A stretch of DNA of 60,312 bases, the filler included, from Basidiobolus meristosporus CBS 931.73 (lineage: Eukaryota; Fungi; Basidiobolomycota): assembly GCA_002104905.1 (NCBI GenBank). It is 3 parts of 3 records of this genome, joined end to end, with 100 filler letters (N's around TTAATTAATTAA, not from the genome) between each part and the next. Parts side by side here need not be neighbours in the genome. Positions count along the whole stretch, not along the records: positions 45,600 to 60,312 come from MCFE01001171.1; 2 more parts are not named here. One strand, written 5' to 3'. Made by a program: the position numbers and the translations under genes. This document shows positions 46,530 to 57,000 of this stretch, one piece after another; the first letter of the stretch is position 1, and every line of letters starts with the position of its first letter. Below the pieces are notes generated by a model. That model made no database searches. It was given only the letters and a program-made list of their open reading frames with translations, and was not told where the DNA came from.

Positions 46530-49500
46530 GCTGATGATCAGCATCAGTCTCAGTCAGCTCCCACTACTCATCAATGATGACATCTACCCAGCCCCTGAAG
46601 ATTGGCTACTGGAATTGCCAAGAATTAAGCTTTCACAAGTGGTCTGGTGTCACTGACCTAATCAAAGATAATAGATATGACATAATTTTCCTGGCTGAAA
46701 CTTGGTTTGTTGATCAAGCTCTGCACTCATCACACTCATACTTCCTAGCCACCTCCAAAAGGATTGGCCCTAACAGGATTGTCCCTAACCCAATCATAAC
46801 TGGTCATGAGAAGGCTGGACTGATCTGTCTAGTATCACCACATCTGAGGCCAATGATATCCATGGTCTCCTGCACTGAATATACAATATGTGTAACTCTG
46901 ATGTCAGTCAGCCTAATGACTGTCTACTTCCCTCCCTCAATGTCCTGTCAGGATATTGCCTCATTCCTGCCCACTCAGCCTCCCACTCTGCTCTTTGGTG
47001 ATATCAACACTCACTTTGGTAGACTCTTTGGCTCCAAGAAGGTTGGACCAAGGAGTAGAATAGACTTGTTTGAGAGTCTTCTTCTAAGACTTGGTATGGA
47101 GCACCTCCCCCCCATCCCACTGGGAAGCACTCCTGATCATGCTTTTGTCAGATACAACACAATGGCTCATTGGTACTTCCAGTCTGATGTTATGTGTGGC
47201 CAGTCTGACCATATATTTATGGCTGCTGTGGTGTCAATGGCCTACTCTTCCTCTAACACCCAGAATTTCTCTTCTTCTGACTCAATCAAGCTGCATCTTC
47301 AGCCACTAGAGAAGCCTATGGTTCAGTCACTCATTAGCAGCCATTACTCTTTGGAGTCTCCTATACTGCAAACTGCCTGGAGACATCTAGAAGAGCTTAC
47401 ATCCTGTTCTCCTATAGGAACCATCTCTGCTGCTATTGATGCTGCCTATACTGCTTTCCACTCCCTGGTATTGGTCATATGTGAGGAGTACCTGGGAACT
47501 TACTCAGTTCATGCTGCCAAATCTGGTCCTAGGAGAAGTGACCCCCTTTGGAGACTTCACTCTGCCTCAGCTGCCCAGCAGGCTGCTGTGATATTCAAGC
47601 AAGCTCAAAGGGTAACTCAGGCAGAAGTAATAATCAGTTCCAGAGATCCTGGTATCTCTGCTGTGGATGATGCATACAAGTACTTTCAAGAAGTATTTGC
47701 ATACCCACCTGCTCATTGCCTTAAAGATGGCTGGGTTCCAGCATTTGGGACTTTCATGCAAGACACCCTCTCTGATAGTCAATGGTTCACTGCCAAGTCT
47801 CTTCTTCTTGCAATCAGCAAGTATCCCTCTTCCAAGTCTGCTGGTCTGGACCCTCTTCATATATGCATTCTCAAGGTTTTGGCTAGAAATGCAGCTTTCA
47901 TAGATGATTTGAAGATTTTCTTTCATCATTGCCTCAGGCTAGGGTTTACCCCTTCACAGTGGAATCTCTCTCACATTCACCCTTTGCCAAAGAAGTCCAC
48001 TTCCTCAACCATTGACAACTTCAGGCCTATTGCCTTGACACCAATGCTTAGAAGAATATTTGAGGCCTGCCTCCTCAACCACTTGAAGGACTCCCCCTTG
48101 GCCCAGTTTCATCCTGCACAAGCTGGCTTCAGGGGTGGCTACTCTACTGTAACACATTCAGTTGTATCTCATGATGCTTTTTACCTATCAGGTCATGAAG
48201 AAAGAAAACACAGAATCTTTATTGACCTGAAGCAAGCATATGATAGGGTAGTGATCCCAATACTCCTGAAGAAGCTAAAGAACCAGAATGTATCCAGTCA
48301 GCTTCTTAGGATTGTACACTCACTCTTCTCAGCCTGCTATTCCACCATTAGTGTTAATGGTGTGATATCATCTCCATTTCCCAGGCTCAGGGGGCTATTC
48401 CAGGGATCTTTGCTTTCACCAATCCTGTTCAATATCTATATTGATGACCTGGCTCAAAGTCTCTGCTTCAATGACTCAGGAGCTGCTGTGCCCTCTGCAC
48501 TGTTATTTGCTGATGACATCCAACTGCTGCCTAGGAGTCTCTCAGAAGCTAATTGTTTGCTGAGTAAAGTCAGCCAATGGTGTACTGCCAATGGTATGGA
48601 GGTAAACACTGCTAAATCAGCATACATTGGTCCCACACCAGAGTGGAATATTTCCTTCAATAACTCCCTTCTGCCTCAACCTTCCTCTTACAGCTACCTT
48701 GGACTCCCAACTTGTCAAAGTGGTATTTCTTGGGCAGCTTACACTGAAAAGTGTATTCAAAGGGCTTCTGCCACTTTGAGATTCCTACAGCTCAAAGGGG
48801 CCAGATGGCATCCTCTGATTAGGCTACAGCTATTCAAGGCCTTTGTGAGGTCATCTTGGGAGTATGCTGCTCCTATGATGTGTTTGGCTGCTGATCCTGA
48901 CCTCATTACCAAGCTACAAGCTCTGCAGCAAGAAGCTATTGGCTGGGTAGTCAATGCTTCTGACTACCATTCTAGGCAATATCAGAGGCTTATACATAGT
49001 CTGACTGGTATTGAGGCTGTGCCAATCAGATTTGAGACTTTAGGTATCAGATTTGGGCAGCACTATGCAAAAGCATCACCCAATAATCCTTTGAAGATCT
49101 TAGTCAATAAGATTACTAACAACTTAGTCCAAGCCACCCCAAAGTCATTGGTGAGAAAGAAGATACACTTTCCTGATGGTTATAGAGATTATCTGGCCTC
49201 CAACAGTGCCAAGCCACCTAGAGAGCATATTCCTCTCTCTGTAGCAATGCATAAAAGGAAGCTGGAGAATATCTCCAGAGTTACTAGCTCAAAAGACAGA
49301 GTTGGACTTATTTCTCATGAGAGTAGACATTCCCATAGTGGAGCAGACATATCCCTTTACATCAGGAGTTCCTTCTTTGCCTTCCAGGCCATAAGGTGGA
49401 GAATGAACACACTTTGCTTGGGTTCCAAGTGCCCCTACTGTAGCAGGTATTTTTACTTCTCTCATGTAGAGAGCTGCTTTGGGTTCAAAGATACCCAATC

Positions 49501-49847
49501 TTTGTTCCAATTTCACAAACAAAGGGAGCTCATCCAGAGACTTTCTGCTATCATATCTGCAATTAGACCTGAGCTTCTGCCTTCCTGTGAGATCCCTGCC
49601 TTTCAGGAAGTGGTAGTATAGCTCTACACTTTCCCTTAGTGCTTTGCTTTCAAATAACTCCCAGCTTTACTTCATTTTCTAGCCTGATTTGTTGACAAAT
49701 TTCTTTCCAGAACTCAACTCAACTTGAGCAGTATTTTACCTTCACATTACTATAGATATATCTTCTTTATACAATATGCACTTTTCAACTTGAATCAAGT
49801 TGAAATAGTATTACTATACTTGATCAGATTCAATAAAAGAATTCAGA
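46530..49847 (+). mobile_element. Full-length single-ORF LINE (family A)
   Basis: 44-nt 5' UTR, 3048-nt ORF, 3' UTR with AATAAA (49832-49837) and no poly(A); flanked by the exact 12-bp repeat CCCCTAACCCTA (46518-46529, 49848-49859). Confidence 0.88.
46574..49621 (+). CDS. APE endonuclease-reverse transcriptase with C-terminal CCHC-like motif (1015 aa, intact)
   Basis: EN: YWNCQEL, FLAETW, LFGDINTH, QSDH. RT: FRPIALT, FIDLKQAYDRV, FQGSLLSP, LFADDI, YSYLG. C-terminal CPYC-x7-H-x3-C. Confidence 0.93.
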   Translation: MMTSTQPLKIGYWNCQELSFHKWSGVTDLIKDNRYDIIFLAETWFVDQALHSSHSYFLATSKRIGPNRIVPNPIITGHEKAGLICLVSPHLRPMISMVSCTEYTICVTLMSVSLMTVYFPPSMSCQDIASFLPTQPPTLLFGDINTHFGRLFGSKKVGPRSRIDLFESLLLRLGMEHLPPIPLGSTPDHAFVRYNTMAHWYFQSDVMCGQSDHIFMAAVVSMAYSSSNTQNFSSSDSIKLHLQPLEKPMVQSLISSHYSLESPILQTAWRHLEELTSCSPIGTISAAIDAAYTAFHSLVLVICEEYLGTYSVHAAKSGPRRSDPLWRLHSASAAQQAAVIFKQAQRVTQAEVIISSRDPGISAVDDAYKYFQEVFAYPPAHCLKDGWVPAFGTFMQDTLSDSQWFTAKSLLLAISKYPSSKSAGLDPLHICILKVLARNAAFIDDLKIFFHHCLRLGFTPSQWNLSHIHPLPKKSTSSTIDNFRPIALTPMLRRIFEACLLNHLKDSPLAQFHPAQAGFRGGYSTVTHSVVSHDAFYLSGHEERKHRIFIDLKQAYDRVVIPILLKKLKNQNVSSQLLRIVHSLFSACYSTISVNGVISSPFPRLRGLFQGSLLSPILFNIYIDDLAQSLCFNDSGAAVPSALLFADDIQLLPRSLSEANCLLSKVSQWCTANGMEVNTAKSAYIGPTPEWNISFNNSLLPQPSSYSYLGLPTCQSGISWAAYTEKCIQRASATLRFLQLKGARWHPLIRLQLFKAFVRSSWEYAAPMMCLAADPDLITKLQALQQEAIGWVVNASDYHSRQYQRLIHSLTGIEAVPIRFETLGIRFGQHYAKASPNNPLKILVNKITNNLVQATPKSLVRKKIHFPDGYRDYLASNSAKPPREHIPLSVAMHKRKLENISRVTSSKDRVGLISHESRHSHSGADISLYIRSSFFAFQAIRWRMNTLCLGSKCPYCSRYFYFSHVESCFGFKDTQSLFQFHKQRELIQRLSAIISAIRPELLPSCEIPAFQEVVV

Positions 49848-49860
49848 CCCCTAACCCTAA

Positions 49861-50174
49861 GTTTACAAGACCTTCTCATTAGAGGAATCTCTGCTCTCAA
49901 GATTCACTTCACTTATCAAAAACTCCCCTTCACCTGCTGTTACTCACTTCCTTAAAGATTATTATATCTCTCAAGCTTATTCACTTCACTCCCTCATGAA
50001 CCTAAACTCCAGTGTACTCTAGGATACTGCCTTAACTTTAGCTTAGATTTATTCATTTTCAACTTAGTGTTTACTTTGGGAATCTTCTATTCCCAGCTGG
50101 CTTCTTTATTTGTAGTTAGACTTGTCTGAAATCAAATAAAGATTTCACATACCTTGGTGACTTTCCCTCCCCTA
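49861..50174 (+). mobile_element. 5'-truncated LINE 3' end sharing the family-B terminus
   Basis: Ends CAAATAAAGATTTCAC...TTGGTGACTTTCCCTCCCCTA as at 46483-46523; open frame VYKTFSLEES...SSVL* to ~50020. Confidence 0.6.
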
Positions 50175-51160
50175 TGTCCAGATATCGCATATTCAGTGGG
50201 AGTTGTCAGCCAACATAATCACAACTATGGATCTGATCATATTGCAGCAGTTAAGCGGATTTTGAGATACCTAAAAGGAACTGCTGATATCTGCTTAAGA
50301 TACACTTATAAGGATTCAGAACAAGATCTTGTGGGATACTCTGATGCTGATTGGGGACAAAATTTAGAAGACAGAAGATCCACCACAGGATACACCTTTC
50401 TTTACTGTAAAGGAGCAATTTCATGGAATTCAAGAAAGCAACCAACCATAGCACTCTCTACCACAGAGGCAGAGTATATGGCAGCCTGTGAAGTTACAAA
50501 AGAAGCAATTTGGCTAAGAAAACATTTACAGATTTAGGCCTATGTCAAAAAATGCTTATTACTTTATTTCAAGATAATTAAGGATGTATACAATTAGGTA
50601 GAAATCCAACTTTTCATGCTAGAACAAAGCACATAGATATTAGACATCATTTCATACATGAAGCTATAAAGAATAACTTAGTTAGCTTAGTTTACTGTCC
50701 TACAGATGAAATGATTGCAGACATATTTACCAAACCATTAGCTAGAGACAAGTTTGAATATCTTAGGTCAAAATTGGGACTAGTCAGTATGAGCATTTAG
50801 CTGAGTGGGAGTGTTGTAAATATTTGTATTTCCACCTAAATATTCACCTAACTTAGTCACTTAGATCATTACCCTTAAATCCTAGAGAATACTGACCAAA
50901 TTCCTTGTCAGGATTTACTTAGAATATTTTCACCAAAATGCCAGGTACCCAGAACATGAAAAGTCTCAAAGTTGTCCAAACAGCCCCAAACTTTGCACAC
51001 ATGTTGTTGGGACCTTCCTTAACCTATTCTGCATGTTTGTAATGCCAAGACCAGGTAAAAGTATAAATACTACTTTTACACTCAATAGATCATTAAGTGA
51101 AAACCACATTATCTACTTGTTCTCCAAATCACTTCCAATATCTCCAAGACTCTTACAACA
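50175..51160 (+). mobile_element. Copia copy 3: RT end, RNase H and 3' LTR (50812-51160) only
   Basis: Colinear with 10740-11708; contains a frameshift and a CAA>TAA stop. Confidence 0.9.
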
Positions 51161-52889
51161 TTCTTTGCACACCTCCATATCAACCTGTGTGGGGGCCATT
51201 CTCATTGTTGTGGAGGATTCTGCTCTTGTCTCTTGGCTTGTGGTAGGTTCAAGGGAGGAAGTAGTATCCCCTCCAATACTGTGGCTTGCAAGTACACCTG
51301 GGTTGGAAGATGCACCCTGCTCATTGCTTGCCCTGATGTGGGCAAACTTTTCCACCATTTGTGCCACTAATGCCTCAGTAGAATGGTGGAAACTGAAATC
51401 AATCTGGGCTTGAAGTCCAGCAATATCCTAATTTAGCTTTACAATATCACCCCTCCTCTGTTTAATCTCCTGGCACATATGTCGCAATATCTCATGGTGC
51501 AATGTTGTCCTATATTCCAGAAGCTCTTGTCAAACCTCCGACAATGCTTTGAAAACTTGGTTGACTGGCCACCTGGTAGTGACTATAGCAGCTTGCTCAA
51601 CATCATTCACGTTTGCTGCAACACCTCCTTCACGCTCCTCTTGGATTTGGCCATTTCCTTGCCCTCTTCCTCTTCTGCACCTGGTTCTGCATCCTCTTCC
51701 ACGTCCTTGTCCCCTTCCTCACTCTCTTTGTACTCTACCTTCACTCCTGGCATCTACCTGGCTACTGCCTGCTTCCATGCTTCTTGTCTTTTATGAAGGA
51801 TTATGTCTACTTTCTCCACTTTTATACTCATTTGGATGATGTTAGTGGCCCATTCACCATATCTTTCCTTTGAGGTTACTGAGCTTCTTGCTCCTATGTA
51901 ACATCCATCTAGCCAGTATTTGAATCATTTGTTGTACACATAAGTTAACTTTATTCTGTTCTTATTAACACCCTTTTATTTTATTAAAATGCAAAACTAC
52001 ATTGGCAAAATTATTTGGTTTCTGTAATTGTGAATTCTTGTTCCATCTCTTGGCTGTGCAACTGTTTCTCTACCTGATCTAAGAAGTGATGCAATTGACT
52101 ATCACTTAATTTATCAGTCTCTGCCTGATTCCCCTTCATACGCTTATAATCCAAATAAGCCACTTGGAGTACTTTATAGTGAGGCAAAGAAGAACTAAGC
52201 TGAAGCTTGTTTTGGAACTGCTCAATTGCACTGGTTTGTTTTCTCCTCAGGACAACTGAGTCATCTGCCAATTTTTTCCAAGTTTTCTCCAGGTATTTGG
52301 GACTTCCAAAGGTACCACTACCAGAACTGGTAATTGTACTGCTCTTCTTGCTGCAATCTTTGTCTATAGTAGACTCTTGGTCTTCCTTTGGAGCGCAAGG
52401 ACTGCTATGGTAGAGGCAGCTTCCACTTTTGGTCTTGATCCCAAAGTAGCGGTCCTTAAGCTTTCCCCTCATGGCTTGTTTATTGTCCATGTTGGTGCTC
52501 TACTTGGTGGAGTGTCAGTGAGTGCAGTTTAACTACCAGTTGTTCTCTTCTGTCCTGTAGATTTATGTTACTTTCATATACACTTACTTCATCACATTTC
52601 ACTTTTGCCTCTCTTGTGACTGTACTCTGGTTTCATTCCTTGATGGCTAGACAAAACCAAGGCCACCGCATATTGGGTGTGGTGGTTTAGTGATCAAAGA
52701 GCAAACTATTGATGCTAATATTGATTTTGAGCATATTGTCTAGGAATATCTTGGAACCTACTAGAGTAAATAGTTACTCAATAATTCACATAGTACCACT
52801 ATTTGCGCATCGATACTTGCTAACAACAAAGCAATGCTGTTCTATGATGTTCCATTCCCACGTGGCTGTTTGTTGATAGTCCCTACAAT

Positions 52890-53545
52890 ACACAAGTGAG
52901 CATTTAAAGTAAGCATCCACACTACTTTCTGGGGGTATGGTTACAGCGCACTATAATAGTGCATTAGGGACTCATGTAAAACTGTTGTGATGAAAAATAT
53001 AAGCACTTTATTACCGCACGGCTGACAATTGATAACTCCCGCTAGACACAAGTAAATGTAGCAAGTGGGTATCCTTAAAACCTGTTGGGGTATGGTTACC
53101 ATGCACTACAAAAGTGCGTTAGGGGCTCATGTAAAACTATCATGATGAAAAATAAAAGCACTTTATTACCGCGTGGCTGATGATTGATGACTCCTGCTAG
53201 ACACAAGTAAATGTTGCAAGTGGGTATCCTTAAAACCTATTGGGGTATGGTTACTGTGCACTATAAAAGTGTGTTAGGGGTTCATACAAAACTAGCATGA
53301 TGAAAAATAAAAGCATTTCAGTATTGCGCGGCTGATGATTGATGGCTCCCATTAGACACAAGTAGATGTAGCTAGTGGACATCCTTAAAACCTGTTGGGG
53401 TATGGCTACTGCGTACTTTCAAAGTGCATTAGTCACTCATGTAAAACTATCATTATGAAAAATAAAAGCACTTTTATACCACATGGCTAAGTTTTACAAT
53501 TCCTGCGGGATACATGTGCACATAGAACACAAGTAGTAGTTGCTA
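52890..53545. repeat. Tandem repeat, 155-bp unit, about 4.2 copies; limits approximate
   Basis: GGGGTATGG recurs at 52932, 53087, 53242 and 53397 (exact 155-bp period); units are diverged. Confidence 0.9.
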
Positions 53546-54088
53546 TGGTGTCAAGTAAAGTTTCTATTATAGCCATAATATATATTGAACTTTGGGATTC
53601 ACTTTATATTTGGTAAAAGCAATTGGGTTACAGAAAATTTGTATTGGCCATGAGTTTTTTTATCATATTAGGGCCGCACAATTTATGGTGCCCAAAGCTT
53701 ATCAAAATATGGGATTGTGGCTAGTTTGGGATGATTCCCATTAATTATTAGATATATATTAAAAGTAACAATTTATTAATTAAATAGTCATCAAGAATTA
53801 TACAGAGCATATGGACAGTATAGGGAGACAAATATTGGCCCAGACATGCCCACTATATGAGCAGACAGTGTGCCAATTGTAGGGTAAAAATATTTATGGT
53901 TAGGGTGATGAGGGTTAGGAGGGTTAGGAGGAGGTATTGTAACCCTAAGGGACCAGAACCAAGAATGAGAGAAAAGTAATTCAAAGGGAATATAAAGAGT
54001 ATGTGAGCAGTATGGGGGATTGCATCCCCCAATCCCCCTGCTTATTTATTCTCTAGGGGACTGTATCCCCCAGACCCCCTGCTCTTCT

Positions 54089-57000
54089 TGTTGTAAGAGT
54101 CTTGGAGATATTGGAAGTGATTTGGAGAACAAGTAGATTATGTGGTTTTCACTTAATGGTTTATTGAATGTAAAAGTAGTATTTATACTTTTACCTGGTC
54201 TTGGCATTACAAACACGTAGAATAGGTTAAGGAAGGTCCCAAGAACATGTGTGCAAAGTTTGGGGCTGTTTGGACAACTTTGAGACTTTTCATGTTCTGG
54301 GTACCTGGCATTTTGGTGAAAATATTCTAAGTAAATCCTGACAAGGAATTTGGTCAGTATTCTCTAGGATTTGAAGGTGATGATCTAAGTGACTAAGTTA
54401 GGTGAATATTTAGGTGGAAATACAAATTTTTACAACACTCCCACTCAGCTAAATGCTCATACTGACTAGTCCTAATTTTGACCTAAGATATTCAAACTTG
54501 TCTCTAGCTAATGGTTTGGTAAATATGTCTGCAATCATTTCATCTGTAGGACAGTAAACTAAGCTAACTAAGTTATTCTCTATAGCTTCACGTATGAAAT
54601 GATGTCTAATATTTATGTGCTTGGTTCTAGTATGAAAAGTTGGATTTCTACCTAATTGTATACATCCTTGATTATCTTGAAATAAAGTAATAGGCGTTTT
54701 TTGACATAGGCCTAAATCTGTAAGGAGCTTTCTTAACCACATTGCTTCTTTTGTAGCTTCACAGGCTGCCATATACTCTGCCTCTGTGGTAGAAAGTGCT
54801 ATGGTTGGCTGCTTTCTTGAATTCCATGAAATTGCTCCTTTACAGTAAAGAAAGGTGTATCCTGTGGTGGATCTTCTGTCTTCTAAATTTTGTCCCCAAT
54901 CTGCATCAGAGTAACCCACAAGATCTTGTTCTGAATCCTTTTAAGTGTATCTTAAGCAAATATCAGCAGTTCCTTTTAGGTATCTAAAAATCCGCTTAAC
55001 TGCTGCAATATGATAAGATCCATAATTCTGATTATGTTGGCTGACAACTCCCACTGAATATGAGATATCTGGATGTGTTCCAAGCATGATATACATCAGA
55101 CTGCCAACCATAGATTGATAAGGAAAGTCAGGGCTTTCAGATGGCACCAAGCTCTCTTGATTTAGTTGAGTTTTGACCAAGTTAAGGTTTGTCTCCATTG
55201 GGGTAGCTGCCGGTTTACAGTCTTCCATGTTGTACTTCTTTAGTATATCTTAAATATACTTGGATTGGCTTAGGGTAATAGTCTGGGTACTTCTGTCTAT
55301 GGAGAACTTAATCCCTAAGCAGTAACTAAGTTCTCCTAAATCGGACATCTTGAACTCCTTAGATAGGCTGGATTTAGTTTCTTCCAATGTTTCCAGGTTA
55401 TTGGTGGCTATAATAAGATCATCCACATATAGAGCTAATAGAACTGGATTTGCTCTATCTGGCTTATAGTATATACTATAGTCAGCATTACTTCTTTTGA
55501 AACTCAAAGATTCCAAATAAGAATCTATCTTGCAATTCCAGGCTCTTGGTGATTGTTTGAGACCATATAGTGACTTTTTAAGCTTGCAGACCAAATGGGG
55601 GTTATCTTGGTCAGCAAACCCATCAGGCTGGTCCATATACACGTCCTCATCAAGTTCTCCATTCAAAAATGCAGTTTTTACATCCATTTGATGAATAAAA
55701 AACTTATATTTGGCTGCAATAGCCAATATTAATCTGATGGAATTAAACTTGGCTACCGGTGCAAAGGTCTCAGTATAGTCAAGTCCTTCTGTTTGAGAGT
55801 ATCCTTTGGCTACAAGTCTTGCTTTGTATCTTTCAATTGTACCATCAGCTTTGTATTTTGTCTTGAAGACCCATCTGCATCCAATTGATTTTTGGTTGAT
55901 TGGTAATTTGACCAAGTCCCAAGTTTGATTTTCCATTAGGGCCTGATATTCCCCAGTCATTGCAGATCTCCAAAACTTTGTCTGAGGGCTATTTAGGGCC
56001 TCTTTTACAGTCTGGGGTTCATCAATATGGACTGAATAGGCATAGGCTAAGTTTGTACCCTCATTGATATAGTAATTTGGGCTATTTCTTGTCCAATTGG
56101 ATCTTTGGGCATTTGATACTGGAATGATCACTTCTGGGATATTCCTGGGCACTGATTCTGGCTGAACCACAATTGTAGAGTCCTCTGGAGTGAAAAAATT
56201 TCATTGTTTTGCTCTGATTCAATCCTGACAATTGGTGGACTTGAGATCAAATTTTTGTCATCATCTGATGTCATTTTTTGTGAAAATTTTGAATTTTCTT
56301 CAAACAACACATCCCTGGACTTGATCAGCTTCTTTGCTTTGGTATTGTAGAGCCTGTATGCCTTACTCTCATTGCAGTAGCCCAAAAATATGCATTTTAC
56401 ACTTTTTGGCTCAAATTTTGACTGATTGCCGGCCAGTTTTATGGCATATGCTGTACACCCAAATATTCTTAGATGTTCTGCACTTGGTCTGTATCCATAC
56501 CATGCTTCAAATGGAGTAGAAGCACGAAGTATTCTGTTATAACTCCTATTTTCAAGGTATACAGCAGTGGCAACTGATTCCACCCAAAAATCATAGGATA
56601 ATTTTTGATCATGGATCATAGATCTTGCCATATCAATTATTGATCTGTTAGCTCATTCTGCTACTCCATTTTGCTGTGGGGAGTATGGTACAGTAGTCTT
56701 TTGCTTTATCCCATGAATTTTGCAGAAGTGGATGAAGAGTTTTGAGGTATATTCTCCACCATTGTCAGAGTGTATTTTCTTGATTTTTTCACCAGTTTCT
56801 CTCTCCACCATGGCTTTAAACTCCCTGAACTTATACAGAGCTTCTTCCTTTCTCTCCATGAAGTAGACCCATGTGTATCTTGTATAATCATCAATAAAAG
56901 TGATTAAATACTTCATCCCGCCTAAGGATAAATTTTGCATAGGTCCACACAGCTCTGAGTGAATTAGATCTAATTTTTTCTTAGTTTTGATTAACCCAGA

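Noticed and set aside
46530-46573. CTGATGA (hammerhead core) and small hairpins at the LINE 5' end
   Set aside because: There is no GAAA partner or three-stem topology, and 44 nt does not fit an HDV-like fold that I can draw. Only a GCTGA/TCAGC hairpin is supported.
52890-53545. Possible CRISPR-like array
   Set aside because: The units are contiguous 155-bp tandem copies with no unique spacers, in a eukaryotic context.
5491-55252. Classical RIP (CpA>TpA), suggested by several CAA/CAG>stop changes
   Set aside because: These are the commonest C>T routes to a stop in any genome, and the visible bias is CpG loss. A context-resolved mutation count among Copia copies would be needed to decide.
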